Below, piece after piece: positions 12,334 through 27,802 of a DNA stretch of 64,000 bases. This stretch comes from Eledone cirrhosa. Taxonomy: Eukaryota. The notes below the pieces were generated by a model. The model saw only the letters and a list, made by a program, of their open reading frames with translations, made no database searches and had not been told where the DNA came from. The stretch spans positions 402,194,001-402,258,000 of the forward strand of contig OZ024740.1 in the NCBI GenBank assembly GCA_964016885.1. Reading direction: 5' to 3'. How positions within the stretch are numbered: the first letter of the stretch is position 1; each line of letters begins with the position of its first letter. Position numbers and translations under genes: made by a program.

Positions 12334-12384
12334 AATCTCATGATCTGATGATGTAACCAACCCATAGAAATACGTGTTGGGATT
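12334..12384 (+). ncRNA. Hammerhead-like motif, degenerate
   Basis: AATCTC-(atgat insertion)-CTGATGA-weak stem II-GAAA-TACGTG-TT-GGGATT. Stem I AATCTC/GGGATT. Confidence 0.45.
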
Positions 12385-12555
12385 TTGCAACATTAAAAGC
12401 TTCTTTCGAAGCCGGCATTCTGTTGTATTTCAAATATGAATAGCGGTGCATCAGAATGGGTGCAGCCTTTTGGATGGAACCCGTAATAGAATAATATCAT
12501 ATCTATCTGCTCTACTGCAGCTACAATTTCGATTTATACCTATTGTTATTATTTT

Positions 12556-12650
<95 letters not shown>

Positions 12651-12989
12651 TTTGATATCCTCATGTTCTTATTTCTTCCTTGTATATCTTCCTATTGTTT
12701 TATTTATTATATTATTATATATAAGCAGTGACTGCCAATGAAATCCTATACTGGTACTGGTGACATCAACATTATTGGCGGCCGCTGGACTATACGATAC
12801 GAGTAGATAAGGTTTTCTTCTAAATAAAAAGCTGTAACCGTCCTACCAAAGGCGAGATATCTATTCAACTGTAAAGGGTAAGGCCTTTGATATATAACGC
12901 GTAGAGTCATCTTGAGCGAATCTCGCAAGCTGCGTACTAAAAAGGGAGGTTGGCTTCATGACTCCACCAAGTGTGCAGAGCCCTTTACT

Positions 12990-13051
<62 letters not shown>

Positions 13052-13080
13052 TCTTTCTCTCTCTCTCTCTCGCTCTCTCT

Positions 13081-13111
<31 letters not shown>

Positions 13112-14204
13112 ACTCTCTCTCTCTCTCTCTCTATCCCCCCATTCTCAAGCGTGAAACTATGAAACTAAAATCATATCATTTGTACTGCCTCTCTGTGTTT
13201 TGTTCTCTGTTCATTTATTCAACTATATATATATGTGTGTGTGTATGTGTGTGTGCGTGCGTGTCTGTGCCTCTGTGTGAGTGTGTGTGTGTGTATGTGT
13301 GTATGTGTGTATGTGTGTGTTTGTGAGTGTTTAAAAGAAAATATAGAGTAGACAAATTTAAATAAATGTTGTTACGATTAACAAAATAGATACAAAGAAA
13401 TAGTAACGGTTCGATTTATCAAACATATATAGCGAGAGGCCACATCTAACCCTGGTGCTGCCTTAGCTCTGAACAGTAAATCGGGCTTTAGAACTGCAAC
13501 CAAGTTGGAAGATGATTTTATTGCTTACAAGCAGTAAGGAGTTCAATGTTGTTGAGAGTTCTTATGCTTTCACAATTTATTACTCAAACTAGACAGACGC
13601 ATGGGACGCAGAAACTATGTCAAGTTTGACGTTCGTGGCATAAATGTCCCAAGATGGAAGATCAAACTATAATTGACTCAGACTGTACTGATTCTTATAT
13701 TTGTAACACGGTAGTGGGTTTCGATCTTTGAAAGGGGTGGAGAATGTTAGAAGGTGACACTAAATAATTATTATAGAAATTTCTAGTTTCTCGTGCTCTT
13801 TGTTCATGTAGCAGTAGGTGGTATAATTCATCACATACGGTTACATTTGTCATTTGGGGTATTACAGCTTTTTGTCGGCGATCCGTTTAGGCGTATGTTT
13901 AGTAGTAAAGAATAATGGGCAATGGATATTTTACGTAATATGTAAACAGCGACGAGGCGGGGGAACAACACACACACAGACACACACATACACACACTCA
14001 TACTTACACACACACATTTATATATATATATGTGTGAAAGGGAAATATTAAACAAACAAAGTACATCCATCCACACATCCATCCATCTATCCATCTGTCT
14101 ATCTATCTATATACCTATAACTTACTCTTCTACCCCAAGTATCAAGTGCTCTGATGAGTAATGGGCTAACCAGTTCGAAACTGAATCCATCCTGATATAT
14201 ATAT

Positions 14205-14484
14205 ATAATGAAAAAAAGATGAAATCGAAAATGCAACTGGAGTCTTATTTTAAAAAAAATATATATATTTATTTGGTTCCAGATGTGAGAAAAACCACAG
14301 ACCCTCCATCTCAACTCTACTTTTGAAAAGCAGAAGACCTACGAAACCGGTAAAGGAACCAAATAAATATATATATATTTTTAAAAATAAGACTCCGGTC
14401 ACATTTTCGATTTCAGCTCTTTTTCTTTATACTTTCACTCGTGTAGGACACCTCCGTTATTTTTCATTTTGTAAAAAAACTCAC

Positions 14485-14491
<7 letters not shown>
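14205..14491 (+). mobile_element. Fold-back PLE-type terminal element with a U3-A8 hammerhead (14320-14355)
   Basis: Arms ~14210-14280 and 14355-~14425. The motif reads CTT-TTGAAAA-GCAG aagac CTAC-GAAA-CCGG-TA-AAG. The tail runs to 14491, then (TA)n. Confidence 0.75.
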
Positions 14492-14577
<86 letters not shown>

Positions 14578-14620
14578 TTCAAATATTAACAAAATAGATA
14601 TTCTTGTGATCATTTAAATT

Positions 14621-14680
14621 TTATTATACATATTTCAGAGGTACTTGAACCAGGTTCAACAGTACGTCCTCATCAGATAA
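14621..14680 (-). ncRNA. Type I hammerhead motif (canonical core, extended stem II)
   Basis: TTAT-CTGATGA-GGAcGTAC tg TTGAACC t GGTTCAA GTACcTCT-GAAA-TATGTA-TA-ATAA. Confidence 0.75.
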
Positions 14681-15313
14681 AATGATACATGACATACCCT
14701 GACATGTTAGATGGTTAATATTTAATCAAGGTAGTGATTAACTTATGTGAAAACTCAATATTTATACCCTAATAATGAGAACATGTGAAAACGTAATAGA
14801 ATCAATAGAGAGGGTGTGAGTAAGAAAAACGTTGCTTTAATATAGCAGTTATAGAGTTTTTAAAGTCTGTAGGACTATAGAGGAAGACGTATCTAGAGTT
14901 ATAATTCATTTAGTTTTCAGCTTGAGAATGCAACTGATAGGTAATTAAAGAGAAGGAGAGATAAAGGGGAGTAATTTATACTCAAATTTTCATCGAACAT
15001 ATATAAACATGTATAGCCTTGGCAGTTAAATTTCAAAATATTTAATTTATGTTATTTTAGGGTAAAGAATCAAAATTTTAGGTTTTAAAAGTTGTTGGTT
15101 ATTTGTATTAATTTTATAAATTTTATAAATTTTATAAATTTTATAAATGTGTTAAATTTCTAAAATTCAAAGTTTTATGAAAACAAATTTAAAGGATTTA
15201 CTAGGCCCGCGAAAGAAAAATATATATATACTGTTCAATATTCTCACAAAGGTAATCTTTAACAAAATTACTTGTAACAGTGACAACATTTTCCGTATGT
15301 ATTAAACCAGAGT

Positions 15314-15454
<141 letters not shown>

Positions 15455-15561
15455 TGTGTGTACATTGATCACAATAAGAGGACTATAAATTATTATTTTT
15501 TATTATTTGTTCATGTATTATATTAAATCACTACATTAGTTCTACCTTCTAGGGAGGACCA

Positions 15562-15767
15562 AACTCTAATTATGATTATGTTATTATACAATATATATAT
15601 ATTTGCACAAACTATATATAGAGTTATACCGAACTATAATTATGATTATGTTATTATACATTATAAACATATTTGCACAAAACAGAGATATACCGAACTA
15701 TAATTATGATTATGTTATTATACAATATAAACATATTTGCACAAACTACATATAGAGAGATATACTA
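15562..15767. repeat. Three tandem copies of a ~65-70 bp unit
   Basis: AACT(A/C)TAATTATGATTATGTTATTATACA...ATTTGCACAAA is repeated three times, downstream of the PLE ORF. Confidence 0.85.
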
Positions 15768-16129
15768 AGTATTAATGAGACGGTATATATTTAGTAAAGA
15801 ATAACGATTATAATCTTTGATAATATATTCATACATGCATAACTATAAAATACATACATATATATAAAAATGTAAACGCATGAATGATCCACAGTTCAAA
15901 TTAAGGTCCGTAAAAATTTACAGGTTAGATATCAAAACTATATTTAAAACAGATATAGAAAAATAAAGGTTTGGATCAATATCCCAAAAGCCATAGATTA
16001 TGTATATCAACCTGCCAACATGTTATTAAACAGGTGTCATTCATTCAAACATTATTTCCATTATAAAGGTAAAGCATTATTAAAGTTTTATAAGCCATTA
16101 TGATTTATATTTTCAACAGTTGATGAAGT

Positions 16130-18404
16130 ACGTCTAAAAACCATGCTTGGTTGCTTACTGTTTTTTCCTGACCTTATGCGAAGCTTGGAATGTAGACAAA
16201 GCTTTTTGAAGGCAGTTTGAGAATAATTTACTTTTTTGTTAGTTAAGTTTTCATAATTATTAATTATCAATAGGGTCTCCATTGTACAGAGAGCGCAGTT
16301 ACTTGATATACTTGAGTTGAGATAAGCTCCACTATTACAAAGTTTCGTCCAAAAGATCGAGTATTTTAAATTTTTGTCTTTTAATGACCATAATGTGATA
16401 ATGTGATAAAGAAGTCGATAATTTCCTATTAGAATTTGAAAATGAGCATTTATGATTCACAAATCTAACCTTAAATGTAGAAGAAGTCGCTCCTATGTAG
16501 TTGTATGTCTTATCAGTTTTTACGGTGCATCTATACATCAAATTACTGTACAAACAATTATTTTGAAGAGGGCAATCTGGTTTATTTCTACAATTACATT
16601 TTGATTTATTATTATTTATGTTAACACTATAATTAAAATCATTATGCTGATTCTGCTTTAGAATGTTACTGTTTATTTTAGCAATGTTTTGGGCCATATT
16701 CATTGTTGTAGAATAAGATAATTTAATAGTGTGTCTATTAAAAATGGAATGGTATTTATGTTTACTAGGGAAAGAGCTGTCCAGAGCTTTAAAGAATAGG
16801 TTTGCTATTGGTGTTCTTACTGCTACGGAAGCAGGGTGGGGGCAAACCATATAACTGATTTAATTCTGGTTCTAACCTCGATTTGTTCACCGTGTAGGTG
16901 TTTGAATTATAATTATTAGAATTTCGTTTATATATGCCATTATTTTTATCAGGATTAAAACTTGGACTATTATTATATACATATTCTATATTATTCTCAT
17001 AACCTGCTCTTTTTAGCGCTTCATTGTAGTATCCTGCATTTTCATCAAATATTGCTTTATTGGCAGATATTCTATTAATGCGTTTTTGCACACTATTTAC
17101 AATTGCTTTTTTTACTGACTTAGGGGGATTGGAGTAATAACTAACATAATTTAAGTTTTCATTGGTCTTATGAAAAGGGTAATAAAAGCCAGAGTTTAAG
17201 TTGAACGTAATATCAAGGAAATTAACTATTTTGGTACCACTTTCTACTTCAAACTTAAGGTCATACATTTTAAAGAATTCAATTATACTTTTCTTTACTC
17301 TATTTAGTTCCATATTGTTGTGTTTGACCACCGTAAATAAAATGTCATCCCTATATAAACCACCGGTAATCTCCGGCAGTTTTCTATTTATCATATTTAA
17401 TATGAAAATCCCCAGAAGATCTATGATTTGCGCTGAATCAGATGTCCCCATAGTAATATCAAAGTTTCTATTTCTATCTGAGCGGGTCCAATACTCGTTG
17501 TTGAAGTTAATAAGAGTTCTTCTAGCTGTTAGTATGATATCAATTTCATCCGTGGTTAGATCTGTATGCTTATAAGCGCATGATAGAGCCTTATTTAGTA
17601 GGTTGGGCGTTATGGAAGAATAGTAGCTTGTTATGTCCATCTGGATGAATTTATGGTTTTTTCTATCATTTATATCCTTATACAATTTTATCACTTCATT
17701 TGTATCTTTCCACAAGCTCAATTTAGATCTCAATTTAAGAGCAGGTAGAATTCTATCGATAATGTTTTTACTGATTACTCCAATATCCGATTTGGATGGA
17801 GCAATCAGTCTAACTGGCAGGTCTTCCTCGAAGTTTCTTTTGTGACCTTTTAAGTTAATCCGCGGCTGCCTATGTATAAGTGGCTCTGTTCTTCCTTCTA
17901 TTCCTAAATTGGTAATTCATTTATATGCATCCTCATTAATTTCTGTAAGATCTTCAGCCGGGGCTTTTTTATAATTTTTCCTAAGTTCCTTTAAAATCAA
18001 GTTATATTCTTCTTTGTTTATGCCATATAAATTATTTGTTTTGTCCGATTTAACCAATATTTTGTTAACTTTTTTTATTTCCGTGCTTTTTCTTTTAGAG
18101 TTCTAAGGTATTGGTGACCTATATATGGGTTTTTCCTAAATTTAATTTTTTTAAGTATGCCAAGCATTTCGGTTTCAAAATCCTCCAGGATTTTGTTATA
18201 TGGAGGATTCTTTCTTGATTTAAATAAAGATTCGAAATGATTGCTGTTGGTTTTTCTTTCAGCATCTTTATTTTCAAAATGAAATGCTCGCCATCTCATT
18301 CTTCTTATAAAAGAATTTGTTTGTTCGATAATTTTCCTCATGTATTCCTCATTTGAAGGTATTGGTATATCCTTGAGGGATGTTGGGAAGTTTAAGTAAT
18401 CCAT
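16130..18404 (-). mobile_element. Near full-length Penelope-like retroelement ORF (RT plus C-terminal GIY-YIG), disrupted; YRDD-type (Nematis-like by inference)
   Basis: N-terminus SLKDIPIPS..FIRRMRWRAF. RT motifs FIQMDITSYYSSI, FDITMGTSD, GGLYRDD and VNFLDITFNL. Endonuclease region CNCRNKPDCPLQNNC..LMY..YIG..FKVRFVNHKCSF. Split over several frames. Confidence 0.9.
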
Positions 18405-18623
18405 ATTTATTGAATATGCAATCTATTGTATAGAAAAGCGCTAATCCAACTGGGAGCAATATATATTAAAGTGTTATTAATAACTCTTGAAAATATTTAC
18501 TTCTAATCTACTGTAAAACTCATTATTTGATGTACTCAGTACTCATTGAATCTTGTTTAAATCTTTTATATATAATATATATATATATTAGAAAGTGATA
18601 AAATTTGCTCCGGACGAAACAGC

Positions 18624-18714
18624 CGTGTCTGAAAGAACCCGCAGAAGTAAAATCAGCCAGATCCATACAAGGACCATGACTTGAGCTACATGCCGGCGAA
18701 ACATTTGTAACACG
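18624..18714 (+). ncRNA. Hammerhead-like motif with long stem II
   Basis: CGTGT-CTGAAAGA (one extra A)-~60 nt-GAAA-CATTTG-TA-ACACG, with a perfect 5-bp stem I. Confidence 0.5.
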
Positions 18715-18850
18715 AAATAAAATAAGTCCAGATGCATCACTGATTTTTCGTTTTATTTATAATATATATATACACCCCACTCTCCAGAGCGTGAAATTAA
18801 TAAACAATCGTTGTACTGCCTCTCTGTTTTGTCCCTGTTCGAATTTTTCC

Positions 18851-18905
<55 letters not shown>

Positions 18906-19271
18906 CCCAGTTTGTATGATTGTTGATATTTCCAGTAATATCCTGGTTACCAAATATTATCTCCCTTCTTCGGTATTGCTATCATTATTGACAATACGGG
19001 TCCACTAATCATAGAATGAACGGAAAGTATATATAAAAAGTTTCCTGCGTTTTTGAATAGTTACAGTGATTCTTCCACGATGTAATTGTTCCAATTTCAA
19101 CACACTCTTAAATCAAACTACTTGTCAAACAAGTACAACTCTCATCATTCTAGACGTATTCATACATACACACATACATATGTATTTGCCTGTGTATGTA
19201 TGTCTGTGTGTGTATGAACATATTTAGTTTATTAACTGTAAGATTATATATGTATATATATATATATATAT

Positions 19272-19320
<49 letters not shown>

Positions 19321-19435
19321 TTTATGTGCGTCTGTTTGTTATTTCTGCTACTTGTTGAAAGAAGACTTAATAACTTGCAAAACACCTAGAATTTAATCCT
19401 ATTGTTTAGCTATCAAATTTTCTCCCTGGGAAACT

Positions 19436-19453
19436 TTACAACTACTACTACTT

Positions 19454-19484
<31 letters not shown>

Positions 19485-19492
19485 TACTACTG

Positions 19493-19525
<33 letters not shown>

Positions 19526-19579
19526 TTACTACTACTACTACAATTATTACTAGTACAACTACTACTGCTACTACTATTG

Positions 19580-19628
<49 letters not shown>

Positions 19629-19672
19629 CACTGCTGCTGCTGCTGCTGCTGCTGCTACTACTACCACTACTA
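19436..19672. repeat. (ACT)n/(GCT)n trinucleotide microsatellite
   Basis: Directly visible; it explains the poly-T/S/V/L ORFs. Confidence 0.95.
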
Positions 19673-19739
19673 CGAATAATATTAATGATAGAAATAATGA
19701 TTTCATTTATTGGCCACAAGGACCGACATATAGGTGACA

Positions 19740-21600
19740 ATACAATAGAAGGTACCCCACCAATCTTGAACCACCAGGCACTTTATGAGCACCCAAGAGG
19801 GGCACACATCTCCCGAAAGCAACCAGCCTACAGGCACATGCTCAGAATAAGCCGATTCACATGAGCCATTCTTGCCACATTAACGTACCTTTTAGCAAAT
19901 GTACTGGGAGGCAGTACTTTTCTCTCCACACTCACCTTCCTTTCCAGGGGAAACTTAAAAACGTTGATGGGAGATTGGCTGAAGAGAAAAGTGTCTGTCT
20001 TCAGACCTCTCAACCTGGTCCACGATACCACCACTTTCACTACCGCCACCAGACAGGAAAAATGCCTGCTCTTCCTGTTTAAAAGAAGGCAACGGGGTCA
20101 TCTTCACTATAGATTCTATAGCCGATTCCGTTCTACACATGACATCAGCTACTTGACATAACTCCACATGTTAGTAATGCACAGACACTGCATTAGATTT
20201 TCATTTCGAACAGGCAGTGCCCTCCGGTAGTACTGCTAAGCGAAGGAATTCTGGAAATTATCAATTAGCTCCGGCTCGAAAGTCCTCCAGAACAGACTAG
20301 TCAGAAGCTCTTCGAGTGTTGCGATGCGCTTGCCTATAAATCTCAAGAACAGAAGTTCCACAGACCGCATTACCCGCCTGGTAGAGGGTACTGAGCGCCT
20401 GGCAACATTTAAGATGGCAGGTGCCCAGTCACTCTTTTTGACCAGCACTGCAGTTGAGTCAAAGGGACGAGATCAGCAAAGGCCTGTTTCACAAACGGTG
20501 ACTAGACCTATTTACCGTTTAGGCAGAATATCTAGAGATACCGAGCAGCAAGGCTTTAGTATTTTATTGCACCTTTTTTTTTTTTTTGATCATGTGGAAG
20601 ACGATTTTGCACTCCTCACCAGCTTCACAATTTGTTTTCCCTTTCCTATGTTCAGAATGTTCATAGGTGGTCTTTGGACCCATACAGATGACACTCCGAA
20701 TTTTAACCTTCCGTAATTATCAAGAGGTCTGCCTCGTTGGGTAGGTGTATTTGGTCCGCGATTTTATCTGTTATCTGGATTTACCTGGAGCAATATTTCC
20801 AGGTCTATCCCGGACCAATTCTGTCATTCACTCCTTTTTGAGCTCGAAGAGTATGACCGGGTTTCCAAAGACAACTCATGCCCGGTGGAACACCTGGTAT
20901 TCTTAGAGTGACAGTCCTCCTTGAAACATACTTTGGACAAAGGAAGAACTCCAACGCGGTATCACCGAATGTTTATTAATACCATAGTTTGAGCCAAATC
21001 AAATCCTTTGTTTTGTAATATTGATTTAGGTATTTCTATTTTAGTGACAATATCTGAAAAAGTGTTGTTGCTGATATTAATTGTTCATTGTTTTTGCTGT
21101 AGTTGTTGCTTTTGTTTTTTGTTACTAGTCTTCTTGTTGTTATTGTTATTGTTTTTGTTTTTGTTGTTGTTGTATTTCTCGTTGTTGTCGTAGTGGTGAG
21201 GATGATGGTATTAGTATTCACTGTCGTGGCGGTGGAGGCGGTGGTGTATTCCTTGGTAGACTCATGTAGTGCTGGAAAATTATACTCATCACCTGCCACA
21301 CGATACCTTTGGTTTTGTTTTTTTGGAACTGCTACTCTTGCTGTTGGTGTTGTTGCTGCTGCTGCTGTTGTTGTCTTCGATCTTGTTGCTACTGCTGTTG
21401 TCGTTTTTATTGTTGTTGTAAACGTTGTCCTCGTTAGTGATGTCTGTAGTAAAGGTCGTGAGAGTGGAAACATTGATGGGGTTGTCGCTAGTATCGTTTT
21501 TTTTTCAGTATGTTGAAGCCCTTTTTGGGAGAAGAAACTTCGGTAACCGCCATACATATTTTTGATGGGGAGTGGAAGCCCTAAAGAAATCCAACTTTAG
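19740..21600 (-). mobile_element. Degraded, internally deleted Tx1/L1-like LINE (ORF1 remnant plus ORF2 3' end)
   Basis: ORF2-end motifs FWRTF, YYRRALPVR and WTRLRGLK..FKFPLERKVSVER..VNVARM. A decayed zinc knuckle (CHLYGSKDHL) lies near 20665-20695. Confidence 0.65.
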
Positions 21601-22060
21601 CCCGCCAGGGCTAACGATAAGAGAAAAACAACCAGGTCCCTATGAAATTAATCGCATTATACACAGAAATATTTAAAAAATTAAAGCAAATCGGGTTTTT
21701 ATAACATGTGACGAAACAAAAAACGTACAGGAAGTGACACCTAAAAAGCCGGTGTAAACATGAGCAATGTATAATAAAGCTTCAGTTGGTGTTTTCCTAT
21801 AACTTCTAATAGAAATTATCATATCAATAGAAAAGCATTTATAAAACGTTCGACTTCCAGAATAGAATCTACATTATAGCTTTCCCAAACAATATCACCC
21901 AATCAGTACGTGAATGTTTTCCAGCGAGCAGTTAACTAAATGTGGATTAGTACTATTATTTATCAAACAGGTAATATAAAGTGAGTTTTTCATTGTATCC
22001 TTGGTTTCACAATCGAATTATTTTATCATGAGAGCTTTTCATACTAAGTACCTATCACAG

Positions 22061-22985
<925 letters not shown>

Positions 22986-22998
22986 ATATATATATATA

Positions 22999-23576
<578 letters not shown>

Positions 23577-23910
23577 TTGTTTCTTATGGCGTAGTAAGAT
23601 GCGAAGTGGCTGTACCAATGTCCGAGTGGGACATATGGTATCATATATTTGCTGTTCACAAGCTTTACAAAATGGATGAATAACTACACTAATGTTTAGT
23701 CCCTGAAAATAGTTACTGCTTTTGTTCTATTTTTACTCACTTCTATCCCTCTATTCGTTAATCTCTTTCACATTCTATCAATTGATGAAGGACGGAGGTC
23801 CAAAACATCAAGCCTCTGTTCCTAATCTCTCAAGAATCAAATTAATATATATCATCCTTTTGTTGTATTTTTCTTCGTTTTGTTTTTCCTTGTCGACTTT
23901 TCTCATATAA

Positions 23911-24047
<137 letters not shown>

Positions 24048-24869
24048 ATTTGTGTGTGAATTTATGCACTCCTGTGTTTGTGTGGGTGTCTAAGTGGAAT
24101 TATATATACAAAGAATACGAAGGAAATCAAGGTGTTTAAGCATTAATCAATGATCAGACACATAAATCTTTGTCCATTATAGAGCTGAACCTTTCTCTGA
24201 ACTTACGCTAAAGGGAACCCATTTAACAAACAGGAATAAGTAATTTGTACGGTATACTATTGATGTGATGACAAAGAGTCATTGGATGTAAAGCGTTCCA
24301 TGCATATAATAGCCTTAAATAATAGTGGATGAATGAAATAATATGGCCCTACTTTACGCACCAATAACTATTCGATACATATGTATTCGTTTCATTAATT
24401 TGTACATAATAATTTCATTTTGAATTTGATATCAGGTGGATAATAAAATAGATAAAATAATCAGATAAACAAAAAAAAAAGACAACTAAAAAAACTCCAA
24501 CCACCTCTCCTAAAAAAGCAATGAAAATGTAAAATATTACACAAATCAAGACATGGTCCAGCACCCCTTAAGTAATAACAACGCCACCAACACCAACACC
24601 AACAAAAATAATACGATTATGCGCAAAGAGGAACAAGGCAATACTTTGTTCTGTAAAGGTAATCATTCTGTCGTCTTATATACATTTAACACCTGGTTTA
24701 ACGGATGTTTTTCTCATTTTCTGTCGGTCGGACACTTTGGACTGTAATTCATTGACTTCCTCCTACATATTAAATAGCACGTTACTCAACCTCAATCCCC
24801 CATTCACTTTAGTCATTTTACTCAAACTTTTCCCCCTCTCTCTCTCTCTCCCTCGCTCTCTCTCTCTCC

Positions 24870-24917
<48 letters not shown>

Positions 24918-25428
24918 AAAGTTAAACAGAAAAAACAACGCAATCGGTACAGTATAAGGAAGGGATATATTAGGTTAACGTTTGATATAGCAAGAAGAGG
25001 GTCTTAATATTTCGGACGCTAATCCTTCATCAGAAGAAAGAATGAGAAATAATATAGATTGAGTGGACGAGCGGGTTGGAATTGGAAAATATGTCTTTAG
25101 ATAAAAATAACAGGTCCATTCATGTTGACAGCTCTCGCAAAACTGTTGGTGCTGGCGTTTAATGTATGATTTTTTTTTTATGTATATATGGAAAAGGTAA
25201 ACAGAAATAACAACACAATCGGTACAGTATGTGGAACGAATATATTAGGTTAACGCTTGAAATGACAGGAAGAGGATCTTAACCTTTCGGACATTAGTCC
25301 TTTATCAGAAAAAAGAATGAGAAATTAGAAAGATTGAAATGATGGGCGGGGTGGAACTGGAAAAAATGTTTCGAGAAAAATAACAGGTCCATTTATGTTG
25401 CCATCTCTTGGAACACTGTTGATACTGG
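24918..25428 (-). repeat. Tandem direct repeat (~275-bp period), each unit with a minimal hammerhead (25002-25037, 25277-25312)
   Basis: The units align at AAACAGAAA.AACAAC.CAATCGGTACAGTAT. The motifs read TCTT-CTGATGA-aGGA ttagcg TCC-GAAA-TA-TT-AAGA and TTTT-CTGATAA-aGGAC taat GTCC-GAAA-GG-TT-AAGA. Confidence 0.7.
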
Positions 25429-25430
25429 TA

Positions 25431-25584
<154 letters not shown>

Positions 25585-25768
25585 TGTATGTGTGTGTGTG
25601 TCAAAACAGGTGAGTTAAGAAGCATTAGGAGGATTTGCTCCGGAATCATCTAAATCTCTTCATATCTAAAATGTTTTTTAGCTATACTATAAAAACTGCA
25701 AGTACTTGACTCGTATTTTATTTTAATGATCCCGGAGGTGGGATTTCAAATTAGACTGTTGAAAACTG

Positions 25769-25832
<64 letters not shown>

Positions 25833-25836
<4 letters not shown>

Positions 25837-26466
25837 GAAGGCGATGATATTTGTTTGGCGAGGTTTTTGATATGAAATCGTGTGTCGAAACAAATATTGT
25901 TATACTTGGGGAGGGTCATATTGTTGTAATAATATTGCCAGAAATAATAACAGAACACACTCACTGTTTGGTTCGTTTTCGCTTCTGCATCTTTTATAGC
26001 TCCATAGTTAATTCATTCGGCCATCAATGTTTATTATTGACTGACCAACGGTCAAAAATACAGATATAAATATATATATATAGTCAAACAAAGTTCTTTC
26101 GTTGCACATCAGCAACATCATCAGTGGTACTATTATCATGTCTCCTCCTATTGTGTAGTGTTACGCCATTTTTATTTTATCTCATAAAAATGGCGTAAAC
26201 ACGGCACAATAGGGGGAAACATGATAGGAGTACCACTGATGATGTTGCAGATGTGCAACGAAAGAACTTTGTAAGCATATATATTTATTCATATATGCTT
26301 ATATCTGTATTTAAGACCGTTGGTCGGTCAATAATAAACATTGATGGCCGAATGAATTAACTATGGAAATATAAAAAATGCAGAAGCGAAAACGAACCAA
26401 ACAGTGAGTGTGTTCTGTTATTATTTCTGGCAATAGTATTACAACAATATGACCCTCCCCTAGTAT

Positions 26467-26474
<8 letters not shown>
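25833..26474. mobile_element. Fold-back of the PLE 3' UTR seen at 7470-7800; hammerheads at 26087-26128 (-) and 26232-26273 (+)
   Basis: Arms 25894-26175 and 26184-26474, ~8-nt loop, ~60-nt tail at 25833-25893. The motif reads CTGATGA-t GTTGCA gatg TGCAAC-GAAA. (TA)n flanks. Confidence 0.85.
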
Positions 26475-26526
<52 letters not shown>

Positions 26527-26530
<4 letters not shown>

Positions 26531-26690
26531 GCACACATATATATATGCACGTATCGATTTACCGAACATTTATTATAATGCTCGGTTTGTTTGTTTGTAA
26601 ACAAACCGATACGTGCATATATATATGTGTGCATGTATGTATATATATACATACTACTGTACGTCTGTATATATATATATATATGTACGT

Positions 26691-26700
<10 letters not shown>
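26527..26700. repeat. Small hairpin from the terminus of the 62.4-63.1 kb element family
   Basis: Arms 26527-26556 and 26607-26636. The sequence ACCGAACA.TTATTATAATGCTCGGT.TGTTTG is shared with 62449-62490. Confidence 0.6.
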
Positions 26701-26776
<76 letters not shown>

Positions 26777-26885
26777 AATTAGTATATCTACCAACATATA
26801 TATACAGACGCATACCTATGCTAGCAAATATATAGGTTTTGTCTTAGTAACTTTGTGGTTCAATGCAAGGAGATACAGAACAATT

Positions 26886-27018
26886 ATATGAAAGACGTAA
26901 AATAAGAAAATTATAAAAATTAACTTACTTACTAAAATTTCACTCCAACTAATTAATTTCTGAAAGGGAATAAATTTTAGTAAGTAAGTTAATTTTAATA
27001 ATTTTCTTATTTTACGTC

Positions 27019-27026
<8 letters not shown>
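26886..27026. repeat. Short fold-back (55-bp arms) next to (TA)n
   Basis: 26886-26940 is the reverse complement of 26973-27027. Confidence 0.8.
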
Positions 27027-27065
<39 letters not shown>

Positions 27066-27068
<3 letters not shown>

Positions 27069-27379
27069 GATATTAAATAAATGGAAACTATATTTATAAA
27101 ACCATATTTATTTCATCATATATATTTCAGGGATATCATATTAACAATATGTTATGCCTTCTTCTGTCTTTCTTTCTGTTTACAATTTTCACTGCCAAAT
27201 CAACTTTTCAAATGCAAGTCGATGTTGAAAGGTATGTCAAATCTATTTATTTATAAAACTGTCTATATTGTATTTTGTCTGAAGAAGGCATAACATATTG
27301 TTAATATGATATCCCTGAAATATATAGATTGAAATAAATATGGTTTTATAAATATAGTTTCCATTTATTTAATATCGTA
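27066..27379. mobile_element. Fold-back element (~100-bp arms) with a hammerhead-like core at 27279-27326 (+)
   Basis: Arms 27066-27164 and 27281-27379. The motif reads CTGAAGA-AGG..CCT-GAAA-TATA-TA, with a poor stem I. Confidence 0.7.
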
Positions 27380-27591
27380 AATATACTCCAAATACTTGTT
27401 GAGTGCTTTTATATCAGTTATAAATATTTACTCGTTGTAACCCAACAATTTAAATATAACTTTCCATATATATATATATATATAGCCGTCGAAATGGCTT
27501 AAGCTCTGCCGTCGGGGTCTTGAACATTTTCCTATATAAATATATATATATATATTAAGGCTATTTAATAAATCCACTTTAAATGAAATTT

Positions 27592-27658
27592 CATTCTGAC
27601 GAACGATTTCAGACGTCTTTGTCAAGCTCCTCTGTCTTCGTGAAACCTTTGGTAAACG
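27592..27658 (+). ncRNA. Hammerhead motif
   Basis: CATT-CTGACGA-ACGA..AGAC..GTCT TCGT-GAAA-CCTTTGG-TA-AACG. Related to 37439-37502. Confidence 0.6.
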
Positions 27659-27698
27659 GAATAATTGTCTCATGTTGTTTATTAGATAACTATTTATA

Positions 27699-27802
<104 letters not shown>

